NCBI GenBank assembly: GCA_965222115.1
Contig: CBDCTJ010000007.1
Coordinates: 224,001 to 288,000 of the forward strand
Source of the DNA: Planctomycetota bacterium
GTDB lineage: Bacteria; Planctomycetota; PLA2; JAEUHO01
Direction: 5' to 3'
DNA length: 64,000 bases
The translations under genes were made by a program, and so were the position numbers. The notes under the pieces were generated by a model. That model worked only from the letters and a program-made list of their open reading frames with translations. It did not search any database and was not told where the DNA came from. How positions within the stretch are numbered: position 1 is the first letter of the stretch; each line of letters starts with the position of its first letter. Of this stretch, positions 30,302-39,918 are shown piece after piece.

Positions 30302-31540
30302 ATGAATGCACCCTCCAAGATTCCGGTTCAAGGCGCCGTGGTGGAACTCGACGGCGATGAAATGACGCGCATTGTCTGGCAGTTCATTCGCGAGAAGCTG
30401 ATCCTGCCCTACCTCGACATCAAGTTGATCTACTTTGACTTGGGCATGGAACATCGCGACGCCACCGACGACAAGGTCACGTTGGACGCCGCGAACGCCA
30501 TTTTGGAACACAACGTGGGCGTGAAGTGCGCCACGATCACACCCGATGAAGCGCGCGTGGAAGAGTTTGGCCTCAAGAAGATGTGGAAGAGTCCCAACGG
30601 AACCATTCGCAATCACTTGGGCGGTACCGTGTTTCGGGAACCGATTCTCTGCGGCAACGTGCCGCGACTGGTGCCGGGCTGGACCAAGCCCATCGTCATT
30701 GGTCGCCACGCCCACGCGGATCAGTACAAGGCAACCGACTTTGTGGTTCCCGGGCCCGGTACGCTGCGCGTTTCCTTTGAGCCCAGCGATGGCGGCCAAC
30801 CCATCAACGAAGAAGTCTATACGTTCGACGCCGGCGGTTGCGCCATGGCGATGTACAACACCGACGCGTCCATTCGCGACTTCGCCCGTTCGTGCATGAC
30901 CGTGGCACTGCGCAAAGGATGGCCGCTGTACCTATCCACCAAGAACACCATTCTCAAAGCCTACGACGGACGCTTCAAAGACCTCTTCCAGGAAGTCTTC
31001 GACGCCGAGTATGCCAAGTCCTTCAAAGACGCGGGACTCACGTACGAACACCGGCTGATCGATGACATGGTGGCGCAAGCACTGAAGTGGAACGGCGGCT
31101 TCGTGTGGGCCTGCAAGAACTACGACGGCGATGTGCAGTCCGACACCCTGGCGCAAGGTTTCGGTTCGCTGGGACTCATGACGTCGGTCTTGGTGTGCCC
31201 CGACGGCAAGACGATTGAAGCAGAGGCAGCACACGGCACCGTCACGCGTCACTACCGCCTGCATCAACAGGGGAAGAAGACGAGCACGAATCCTATTGCA
31301 TCCATCTTTGCGTGGACGCGCGGCCTCGCCCATCGCGGCAAACTCGACGGCAACGACGCCTTAGTCAAATTTGCCGAGTCCCTCGAAGCCGTGTGCGTCG
31401 AATCAGTCGAAGCCGGCAAGATGACCAAGGACTTGGCGCTGTTGATTCATGGTGAGAGCATGAACGACAGCCATTGGCTCACCACTGAGGAATACCTTGC
31501 CGTGGTGGACGAGGGCTTGCGCGCGAAGATGTCTGCCTAG
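30302..31540 (+). CDS. icd: NADP-dependent isocitrate dehydrogenase
   Basis: [51 protein letters not shown]. Confidence 0.98.
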   Translation: MNAPSKIPVQGAVVELDGDEMTRIVWQFIREKLILPYLDIKLIYFDLGMEHRDATDDKVTLDAANAILEHNVGVKCATITPDEARVEEFGLKKMWKSPNGTIRNHLGGTVFREPILCGNVPRLVPGWTKPIVIGRHAHADQYKATDFVVPGPGTLRVSFEPSDGGQPINEEVYTFDAGGCAMAMYNTDASIRDFARSCMTVALRKGWPLYLSTKNTILKAYDGRFKDLFQEVFDAEYAKSFKDAGLTYEHRLIDDMVAQALKWNGGFVWACKNYDGDVQSDTLAQGFGSLGLMTSVLVCPDGKTIEAEAAHGTVTRHYRLHQQGKKTSTNPIASIFAWTRGLAHRGKLDGNDALVKFAESLEAVCVESVEAGKMTKDLALLIHGESMNDSHWLTTEEYLAVVDEGLRAKMSA

Positions 31541-31661
31541 GAGCGTGTCCCCAAATCAGCCAAAGGCGGCTTCGCGTACACCCTCCTAGATGGTGAAGAA
31601 GAGTCTTCATGGATGAGGGAGCCAATTGGTACGTTGCGGCATGAGCCTGTTCGAACGAGGG

Positions 31662-32795
31662 CTAATGCCCGCCGGCGCTGGGTCCCGTGCTGTAGACAAA
31701 ATCGTAGAGATAGACCTCGCCGCCGTGAGTCACGTATTGCATAACGAGTTCACGGTTCATGGTCATGGCGCCGGCCACGTAACTTGAAATGGACAGCCCT
31801 CCGGTAATATCGATCGCAACGCGTCGCTGCACGCCGACGCGAGCCCGCATGAACTTTGCCCAGTGACCTGCTGTGCTCTCCACGGCATGCCCGTCCTGAA
31901 AGTCAATCGCGTTGGGATCGGCTTCCACCGTGACGTCTGGTCGATAGAGCTTGATCATGGCTTGGCACGCGGGGAGATCCTTGTGCGACCCGCGAGGCCC
32001 CGTGGACCCCACCAAGACGACGTGACTCAACGCTTCGTGCGGTCGAATGGCTCGCAAGATTTGTTCCCAGTTCCAGTAGGTGCGCATGCTCGCGCGAGTC
32101 TTAAGTGATGCGGCATTACGAACGGCCCCACCCAGATCGCTACCGAGCGATAGGGGCGTGCCCGTTGGATTCTCGTCGTTTCTTGGTCCATCAAACACGA
32201 CGGGGTTGCTCGAGATTTGCACCGTCTTGTTTGAGGGCGACACAAAGAGCAGGAGCTCCTTAATCTGCTTGGGAATGTCGTCAGCCAGTATCTTCGACAG
32301 TTCCTGGGGACGCTCCCAAAGCCAGTTTTTCGACGCAAGCAGCGACCCAAGCAACAACATGGCCAGCGATCCCAACAAGAAGAACGGGACCGCGCGACCG
32401 ACATGAGGGGGACCGTGCAATAGAAAATGCGCCAGTTGCTCGGCAAACACAACGCCGCTCGCAGCGATACCTGCCTGCAAGAGAAAGCGGCAGGACTTGT
32501 CCACCCAGTTCCGCGAATCCGGATTGGAGTGGTGGAGTCGATAGTAGACAACCACGCATGCAATCAACGCCAGCAGTGCGATGACCGCGAATACCGCCGA
32601 ACCCCAATTGCCGATATCAAGATTGCTGCTGACGATCTCAACTAGCGAAATGCCCAGCCAGTGACCTCCGAGAAGCGCCAGAATCGACACAAGGAAAGGG
32701 CGCCAAGGAAACCCACGCTTGTGGGCATGCTGCGCGTCAATTGTCGCGCCATCGTTGCCGGTCGTAACTGCTTCGCTTGGGATGTCTACGCTCAT
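31662..32795 (-). CDS. CRISPR-associated multi-TM protein with C-terminal CARF-like domain
   Basis: Four hydrophobic segments, then a Rossmann-like region LLLFVSP...NWEQILRAI...VAIDITGG...MQYV; next to the array trailer, same strand as cas genes. Confidence 0.75.
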   Translation of the reverse strand: MSVDIPSEAVTTGNDGATIDAQHAHKRGFPWRPFLVSILALLGGHWLGISLVEIVSSNLDIGNWGSAVFAVIALLALIACVVVYYRLHHSNPDSRNWVDKSCRFLLQAGIAASGVVFAEQLAHFLLHGPPHVGRAVPFFLLGSLAMLLLGSLLASKNWLWERPQELSKILADDIPKQIKELLLFVSPSNKTVQISSNPVVFDGPRNDENPTGTPLSLGSDLGGAVRNAASLKTRASMRTYWNWEQILRAIRPHEALSHVVLVGSTGPRGSHKDLPACQAMIKLYRPDVTVEADPNAIDFQDGHAVESTAGHWAKFMRARVGVQRRVAIDITGGLSISSYVAGAMTMNRELVMQYVTHGGEVYLYDFVYSTGPSAGGH

Positions 32796-32962
32796 GGTCC
32801 TTTGCTCCTTTGGAAATACTGAGACATGGGATCTCGCACGATTCAATCTTAATTTGTATCTAGTCGCACGATAGTCAATGCCGTCCGCCACTTTCAAGCA
32901 CACGGCGCAGTCTGCCGGTCATTCGAACTGCACAAGCCGAAACTAAATTTGCAGCGCCCTGA

Positions 32963-35900
32963 ACGCTCATTGATGAACGACGACGACGGCGACGACGACG
33001 GTCTTGATCGCGCCCGTAGGCGCTCATTGATGAACCGTTTCGAGTGTCAGTCGAAGGATCTCCAGAAGGTGTCCTGATCGCGTTCGCAGACGCTCATTGA
33101 TGAACATCTCCCTCACCGAGATTCTCGGCCCCGCCGAACTCGTCTTGATCGCGTCCGTAGACGCTCATTGATGAACTGTCGCGAACTCCGCGCGCTCAAC
33201 CGCGCAGGGCAGTCTTGATCGCGTCCGTAGACGCTCATTGATGAACCAGATCCTCTCGGAGACGCCGCGGAATCGGAAGTGGTGTCTTGATCGCGTCCGT
33301 AGACGCTCATTGATGAACGAAGATCCTTTCGAAGGGGCTTGAGGTCGAGCGTGTGTCTTGATCGCGTCCGTAGACGCTCATTGATGAACCTGGGCTGAGC
33401 ACACTCGCCCAGTTATCTACGAGTCTTGATCGCGCCCGTAGGCGCTCATTGATAAGCGTACCTCCGACCGATATCGATCGCTGATGGCACGTCTTGATCG
33501 CGTCCATAGACGCTCATTGATGAACGCGTCGCACTTCAGTGACGCTCTCCTCGGAGCTGCCTTTTCTTGATCGCATCCAGAAACGCTCATTGATGAACCC
33601 TACACTGTGGTGGACGCCACCGAGCTGCCTAGTCTTGATCGCGTCCGTAGACGCTCATTTAAGAACCAACTTGCGCGAGGCCTACTTGCGCGAGGCCGAC
33701 GTCCTGATCGCGCCCGTAGGCGCTCATTGATGAACCTGCCGACTCCAACGCCAAAGTGGAAGAGCTCGGGTCTAGATCGCGTCCGTAGACGCTCATTGAT
33801 GAACGTGCAGATCTCTCGGAACAAGGATGGCATGACCGTCTTGATCGCGTCCGTAGACGCTCATTGATGAACCAGTGGCGACCACGCACCGTGTGCATAT
33901 TGCACACCGTCTTGATCGCGCCCGTAGGCGCTCATTGATGAGCTAGCGCGCTGCCCAAGCGTGGGGCAGTAGACAAGGTCTTGATCGCGCCCGGAAACGC
34001 TCGTTGATGACAAAGTACCCTCTCCACTCCGTGACCATCGAGAAGTCGTGATCGCGTCAGTAGACGCTCATTGTTGAACTCGCCTGGTGGCAGGCGCGGG
34101 CCGTGCGACGCGAGTCTTGATCGCGTCGGTAGACACTCATTGATGAACACACCCCCATGAAGCGTCTGCTTCTTCTCGTGGCCGTCTTGATCGCGTCCGT
34201 AGACGCTCATTGATGAACTCGAGTACAACAGCTCGACGTACCAGTCGAGACGAAGTCTTGATCGCGTCCGTAGACGCTCATTGATGAACGGGCTGGAAGC
34301 GCTGGCGAGCACCGGTACAGGTGTCTTGATCGCGTCCGTAGACGCTCATTGATGAACTTAGATCCGCTAGTCGAGGTCATAGAAGACTCGTCTTGATCGC
34401 GTCCGTAGACGCTCATTGATGAACTCGCCGAGGATCGCCCGCCCGTCACGCCGCCTACGAGTCTTGATCGCGTCCGTAGACGCTCATTGATGAACGCGCT
34501 CAACGCCACGACCTCGGCGGCGGCTGTGCTGTCTTGATCGCGTCCGTAGACGCTCATTGATGAACGTGAGCTCGGTCTGGACCTCGGAACTTCGGTTCCG
34601 TCTTGATCGCGTCCGTAGACGCTCATTGATGAACATGTCGCTCTCTGGAGCAACGAGCGCGTGATCGACGTCTTGATCGCGTCCGTAGACGCTCATTGAT
34701 GAACCATTGTTGGTTGACTCCCAACTATCTTGTTCTCTGTCTTGATCGCGTCCGTAGACGCTCATTGATGAACTGGCTCCGCGCTGGGTCGAGGTTCCGA
34801 CGGTGCCTGGTCTTGATCGCGTCCGTAGACGCTCATTGATGAACCGCAATGTTGAAGATAAGCGAGGAGCACGTCGACAGTCTTGATCGCGTCCGTAGAC
34901 GCTCATTGATGAACGTGTAAGCGCCCTTGGAAAGGTCGTTGACACGACCGCTGTCTTGATCGCGTCCGTAGACGCTCATTGATGAACCCAAGAGCAGAAG
35001 GCAGCTCGTGAGGAGTACAACCGTCTTGATCGCGTCCGTAGACGCTCATTGATGAACTCACGCTCGAGTACACACCGGCAACCGTCGCCATGTCTTGATC
35101 GCGTCCGTAGACGCTCATTGATGAACTGACTCACTTGCCATGAGTCACGGATCTGACAAGTCTTGATCGCGTCCGTAGACGCTCATTGATGAACTCTTTG
35201 AAGTGGATCATCGGTGTCGGCTGGGCCAAGTCTTGATCGCGTCCGTAGACGCTCATTGATGAACGCTACGTCATTCGCCCCCTGAGTGAAGGGGTTCAAG
35301 TCTTGATCGCGTCCGTAGACGCTCATTGATGAACGAATCACTGGAGACGGATACCCCAAACGTGTTTCGTCTTGATCGCGTCCGTAGACGCTCATTGATG
35401 AACCCAGAGCAACGACTGGCAACGGTCGTGGGGTGCGGTGTCTTGATCGCGTCCGTAGACGCTCATTGATGAACCTGGGGGACGCGACCCGGCTGCGTTT
35501 GATAGAGGCGTCTTGATCGCGTCCGTAGACGCTCATTGATGAACCCGTCCCTGCGGACGACGACGCGACGACCTCACGCGCGATCCCCTCGGCACCGACA
35601 CGAGCATTGATGAACCCGTCCCTGCGGACGACGACGCGACCCCGGAATCGTCTTGATCGCGTCCGTAGACGCTCATTGATGAACGAAGGCGCTCGACGGG
35701 AGAAGGTCAAGCTGACGTCTTGATCGCGTCCGTAGACGCTCATTGATGAACGGCAAGGCATTTGATGTCGCGCTTTTTCAAAAGCGTCTTGATCGCGTCC
35801 GTAGACGCTCATTGATGAACCGCCACCATTCGGTTCTGCGTCGGATGGCTTTGCGTCTTGATCGCGTCCGTAGACGCTCATTGATGAACAAACAAATGGG

Positions 35901-36517
35901 CAGCCTCGGCTGCGCGGTACGCGTCTTGATCGCGTCCGTAGACGCTCATTGATGAACGACAACACCGGACATATAGACTCTCTCCGTCAGTCGGTCTTGA
36001 TCGCGTCCGTAGACGCTCATTGATGAACGGCCTTAATTAAAGTGGGCGTTGACGTCCGCTGGTAGTCTTGATCGCGTCCGTAGACGCTCATTGATGAACG
36101 ACGCATGCGTTCGCGTCTGCGAGGTGCGCGTCGGTCTTGATCGCGTCCGTAGACGCTCATTGATGAACTTCGTTGCCGGTCGCCATGGTGCTCGCACACC
36201 GCGTCTTGATCGCGTCCGTAGACGCTCATTGATGAACTTGGTCCAGAACCAGCGTGTCGACCAGGCATGGAAGGTCTTGATCGCGTCCGTAGACGCTCAT
36301 TGATGAACGTGGTGATTGCTGTTCAACTATCACCACCAGAGCCGTCTTGATCGCGTCCGTAGACGCTCATTGATGAACGTAAGAGAACATATCAACGAAC
36401 GTAAATTCGAAGTCTTGATCGCGTCCGTAGACGCTCATTGATGAACAATGTGGGGGCACGCTTTACCAGGGTTCGGAAGCCTGTCTTGATCGCGTCCGTA
36501 GACGCTCATTGATGAAC
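32963..36517 (-). CRISPR. CRISPR array, about 50 repeats of 35 bp (GTTCATCAATGAGCGTCTACGGACGCGATCAAGAC), spacers mostly 32-38 bp
   Basis: Repeats counted by eye from 33001 to 36517, plus a partial one at 32963. Degenerate copies cluster at 33001-34148 (trailer). The AAGAC 3' end and cUACGg hairpin indicate minus-strand transcription. Confidence 0.99.
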
Positions 36518-36887
36518 CCCTCAGGGTTCGGTCGAATCTTGCAATTAGCTGTCAGAGAACGAGTTACAACGAATTGGTGTTCCATTGGGGACTCTCAAGG
36601 TGCGTAGATTCCACCACGCGCCTCGTTTCAGCGCTCTTTGCGCCCCATCGCTTTCCGCGCCGGCCGTCAACTTATTGGCTCTGACACGCTTCCTGAAATG
36701 GGGATCTGATTCGACCTTTCGGTCGTCTCGCGGAGCAGGCCGTACCCACGCGGGGCCACAGTCGCCTGCATCTCCTTCATTCTCCGAAATTCAGCCAATC
36801 CTGTCAAGCAGCACCCGGCTGGAGACAGCACCGAATCGTCGGAGAGGCCACGTGGATGGCCTGTGGACGCGAGTTCAGATTGAGACT
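36518..36887 (-). promoter_or_regulatory. CRISPR leader region
   Basis: Apparently non-coding gap between cas2 and the perfectly conserved end of the array; relatively AT-rich next to the first repeat. Confidence 0.75.
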
Positions 36888-37160
36888 CTACAAATAGCGC
36901 ACGCCTCCCGTTGTCACCTTGGTTCGTCGCCAACAGAGCGCGCGCCGCGAAGCGCGCACGTCCATTGGAATGAGGTCAAAGTCGTCGTCAGTGTCGAGGA
37001 GGGCGCCGATGTCTACCAGAAAGTCGTCCAGTTCTTCCCGCGAGACGCGCACTTCAAAGACCGATCGCTGCACACGGCGACCGTAGCGCGAGAGCACGCG
37101 AGCCACGCGGCGCCGAACGCTCGCCGAAGAGATGTCATAGGCGGCGACGTAGTTGCTCAT
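36888..37160 (-). CDS. cas2: CRISPR-associated endonuclease Cas2
   Basis: YVAAYDIS...RRVARVLSRYGRRVQRSVFE; 90 aa; overlaps the cas1 stop. Confidence 0.96.
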   Translation of the reverse strand: MSNYVAAYDISSASVRRRVARVLSRYGRRVQRSVFEVRVSREELDDFLVDIGALLDTDDDFDLIPMDVRASRRALCWRRTKVTTGGVRYL

Positions 37161-39901
37161 GGGTGTCGAAATCCGGGCGCGGGCCGCGTTGGATCGACGA
37201 GATAACGACGCATGGCGCGCGCCAACGCGCGAATGCGTCCATGGTAGGTGAGCGGGTCCTCCCCCTTCCGCAGCACCGTGGGAATGTGAAAGCCCTCGTG
37301 AATGGCAATTCGAAGACGCCTGGCAAGTCGCGGCGACACCGAGACACGAAACGGCCCGAGCCGTGTCTTACGAAAGTCTGAACTCCGTGCAACACGCATC
37401 ACGTCGAGCACACAGCGGTCCATCAAGTGTCGAAATGGCTCCTGAAGATCCGACACCAGTGCATCGTGACCACTGCGCGGGCGATGAAGCACGCCGAGTT
37501 CCGGAAGCAACCCCGCCGACACCACATGCACACGAATCACACGATGAAGGGCCGTCTGCGCGATATTGAGCAGAACATTGACGGGGTCGTTGGCACGCGG
37601 AGCTCGACGCCCTGGAAATGACCATCCCGATGGAAGCCACGACGGAAACAGCTCGTACCACAGCGCCGCGGCGGCGCCTTCCACACCCACGAGCACTTCC
37701 GCCGAGATCGCCGATTCCGCTCGACGAATGTGGGCACGCATCTGTTCCTGGGCATGAGGGTGCTTGCGCGGGCAGCCAAGGGCCCCAATCAGTGCCGCGT
37801 GATTGGCAATTTTGGAGGCGATCAGTTCGCGGGCTGCGGGCAGAGTTCGTTCCGCCTGGCGAACGCAATCGACCTGTGCGGCCACGACGTCAAAGGAGCG
37901 CCTGCCGCCCTCGCCAACCAAGGCCGCCACGTCCCGACCACCCTTGCCGGTCATGGAGAGTGGAATGCGTCGGCGGATCAAGTAGCGAATCGCACGACGG
38001 GAAAGTGACGGATGGCCCAGAACAACGAGGTCGTCGATGTGACTTGTTCCGCACGCGCGCTCTTCGCCGTTCTCGGTGCGCAAGACAAGATTGCCGCGCA
38101 CGGCGTCGATTTCGACGATATCCGATCCCACAATGCCGGTGTCGCCCGTGGGATCTGCCGCCGTCAACGACACCTCACCGGGCAGTCGCCAATCGGGATG
38201 GGCGCGGGAACGCTCGGTACGCGCTTCCCAACCAATGCGACCAAGTGACGTGGGCGCGGGATCGCCGCGCACGTTCCATTGCTTTTGATACTCAAAGGTG
38301 AAGCCAAGAAACTCGAGCGAGGGTCCGATTTCGTGGACGCTTGACTTGGACTCGTTGAGTGCGAGTGCCAGCGCGCGGGCTTCGTCCTTGGCCGCTTGGT
38401 ACATGACCTGCGCTTCTTCTTCCGTCTTCGTAAGCACAACAAAGTCATCGGCATAGCGAATTAGCAAGGCGCCACGGGCCAACATGGCTTCGTCAAATGC
38501 GTCCAGCACGACGTTGGCAAGGAGTGGAGACAGAGGTGCCCCTGTGGGAAGGCCTACCTTTAGCGGCGCCATGGCGCTGCGCACCCAGTTCATAATGAGA
38601 CTTGCCGTGCTCGGAGACCTGAGAAACGCTCGCAGGCGCAACTCACACAAGTCGTGCGGCACATTGTTATAGAAGTCGGCAAAGTCCGACTTCACGGCCC
38701 AGGCGTAGCCGGACTCCTGCGCGCGATGAATACGGGAAAGCGCGTCCACACGCCCGAGGCCGGGGCGAAAGGCAATTGAAGCATCCTCCAGGAGGCATTC
38801 AATCCCGGGAAGGAGGGTGGCGTTAAGAAGACGTTGCAGGGCCATGTCGCGTTTCTTCGGAATACGCAACGACCGGACCTTGCCTGGCTTGGTTTCTACG
38901 TCGATGCGCATCGGTGCCGCGGGTGAATACGTGCCTTGCGCAACTTCCTGCGTGGCCTCCGTGAGTTCACCACTCGGAAGCGCATGCCGTTCGGCCTCGC
39001 GCGAAACTGCGTAGGACGTAAACGCGAGCCGCTCAAGCGACACGGCACGGGTACACGCGTAGGGCTCGGGTCCAAGTTCGGCAATGCGGTAGCGGCCCAG
39101 TCCAAATCGCGTGCCGTTTCCGGCTCCGGCATATTGCCCCAGCACCAGTGCCATGCGGTCGTTGGGTTCCACATCTTGCAACACGACCCGACCCACTGCA
39201 CCGCCTAGCGTCTTGCGCCGCTCCATGGGCCCGTATCCGAGATCGAGCCACACGAGATCCGACGACGTGAGCGTGCCGGTCCGTCGATACGGGGTCGGGT
39301 GCTTCTCAATGAGATTGAGCATCTCCATGCGACGATGCACGCGGCCCAGGAAGGGACCGGGTTCAAAACAGTCCCCATCAAGCCATCGATGCCGTGGGCG
39401 TGTTCGCCCGGCCGTGCGTCGCATGCGCAGGGGTGTCTCGAAGTCAAGTGTAAACGTTCGATGTGCGTCGAGTTTGAATCGTTCTGCTGCAACGCGCTCA
39501 TCGGGTAGCTCAACAAGGGGCGACTCAAAATCCCAGAGTTCGCGTGCGATCAAGTCTTCGACGCGTGTCACGATGAAGTTGCCTCGGAGACGAGTGCCCT
39601 TTGTGCGGCGGGCCGTGCCCATGGCCTGCAGTCCCTGCACGACGCGGGCAAGTTCATCGGCGGCGGCACGCCCATCGCGCGCAATCATGGTGTAGCCAAA
39701 GGCAAAGTTCGCGTCGCGCTCAATCGACGAACGACACTGCTCCGGCGCGTCGAGCAAGAACCCCTCGGGAAACTGATCCGGTTGGTCGAGGGCGAATCCG
39801 TAGGCCGCCGCCGTGAGTGCATAGAGCGCCCCTGCTTGATGGCCCGGCAGCGCGACGTGATCTGTTGCGCGAATCAGAATGCGGACGCGGCAGAGATGCA
39901 C
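37157..39901 (-). CDS. cas1: Cas6-reverse transcriptase-Cas1 fusion
   Basis: GAGGAG RBS then GTG at 39901. Cas6 Gly loop GQYAGAGNGTRFGLG. RT motifs RSLRIP, AFRPG, KSDFADFY, GLPTGAPLSP, RYADDF, FLGF. Cas1 motifs GVEGAAA, DPVNVLLN, GVLH, SDLQEPFR. Confidence 0.95.
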   Translation of the reverse strand: MHLCRVRILIRATDHVALPGHQAGALYALTAAAYGFALDQPDQFPEGFLLDAPEQCRSSIERDANFAFGYTMIARDGRAAADELARVVQGLQAMGTARRTKGTRLRGNFIVTRVEDLIARELWDFESPLVELPDERVAAERFKLDAHRTFTLDFETPLRMRRTAGRTRPRHRWLDGDCFEPGPFLGRVHRRMEMLNLIEKHPTPYRRTGTLTSSDLVWLDLGYGPMERRKTLGGAVGRVVLQDVEPNDRMALVLGQYAGAGNGTRFGLGRYRIAELGPEPYACTRAVSLERLAFTSYAVSREAERHALPSGELTEATQEVAQGTYSPAAPMRIDVETKPGKVRSLRIPKKRDMALQRLLNATLLPGIECLLEDASIAFRPGLGRVDALSRIHRAQESGYAWAVKSDFADFYNNVPHDLCELRLRAFLRSPSTASLIMNWVRSAMAPLKVGLPTGAPLSPLLANVVLDAFDEAMLARGALLIRYADDFVVLTKTEEEAQVMYQAAKDEARALALALNESKSSVHEIGPSLEFLGFTFEYQKQWNVRGDPAPTSLGRIGWEARTERSRAHPDWRLPGEVSLTAADPTGDTGIVGSDIVEIDAVRGNLVLRTENGEERACGTSHIDDLVVLGHPSLSRRAIRYLIRRRIPLSMTGKGGRDVAALVGEGGRRSFDVVAAQVDCVRQAERTLPAARELIASKIANHAALIGALGCPRKHPHAQEQMRAHIRRAESAISAEVLVGVEGAAAALWYELFPSWLPSGWSFPGRRAPRANDPVNVLLNIAQTALHRVIRVHVVSAGLLPELGVLHRPRSGHDALVSDLQEPFRHLMDRCVLDVMRVARSSDFRKTRLGPFRVSVSPRLARRLRIAIHEGFHIPTVLRKGEDPLTYHGRIRALARAMRRYLVDPTRPAPGFRHP

Positions 39902-39918
39902 CTGGATTCTCCTCGTTG

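Noticed and set aside
32963-33000. (GAC)n-like 22-nt terminal spacer as a separate microsatellite element
   Set aside because: Best explained as a decayed trailer spacer beside a partial repeat.
33113-36303. ORFs with repeated SSMSVYGRDQD / FINERLRTRSR peptides
   Set aside because: These are translations of the CRISPR repeat, not proteins.
33036-36482. Self-targeting spacers within the window
   Set aside because: None noticed by eye; an alignment is needed to exclude them.
36585-37205. 206-aa plus-strand ORF over the leader and cas2
   Set aside because: Antisense to cas2 and the leader, with no recognisable motif.
38200-39000. RT as group II intron, retron or DGR
   Set aside because: It is in frame between Cas6 and Cas1 domains, and no intron structure, msr/msd or TR/VR pair was seen.
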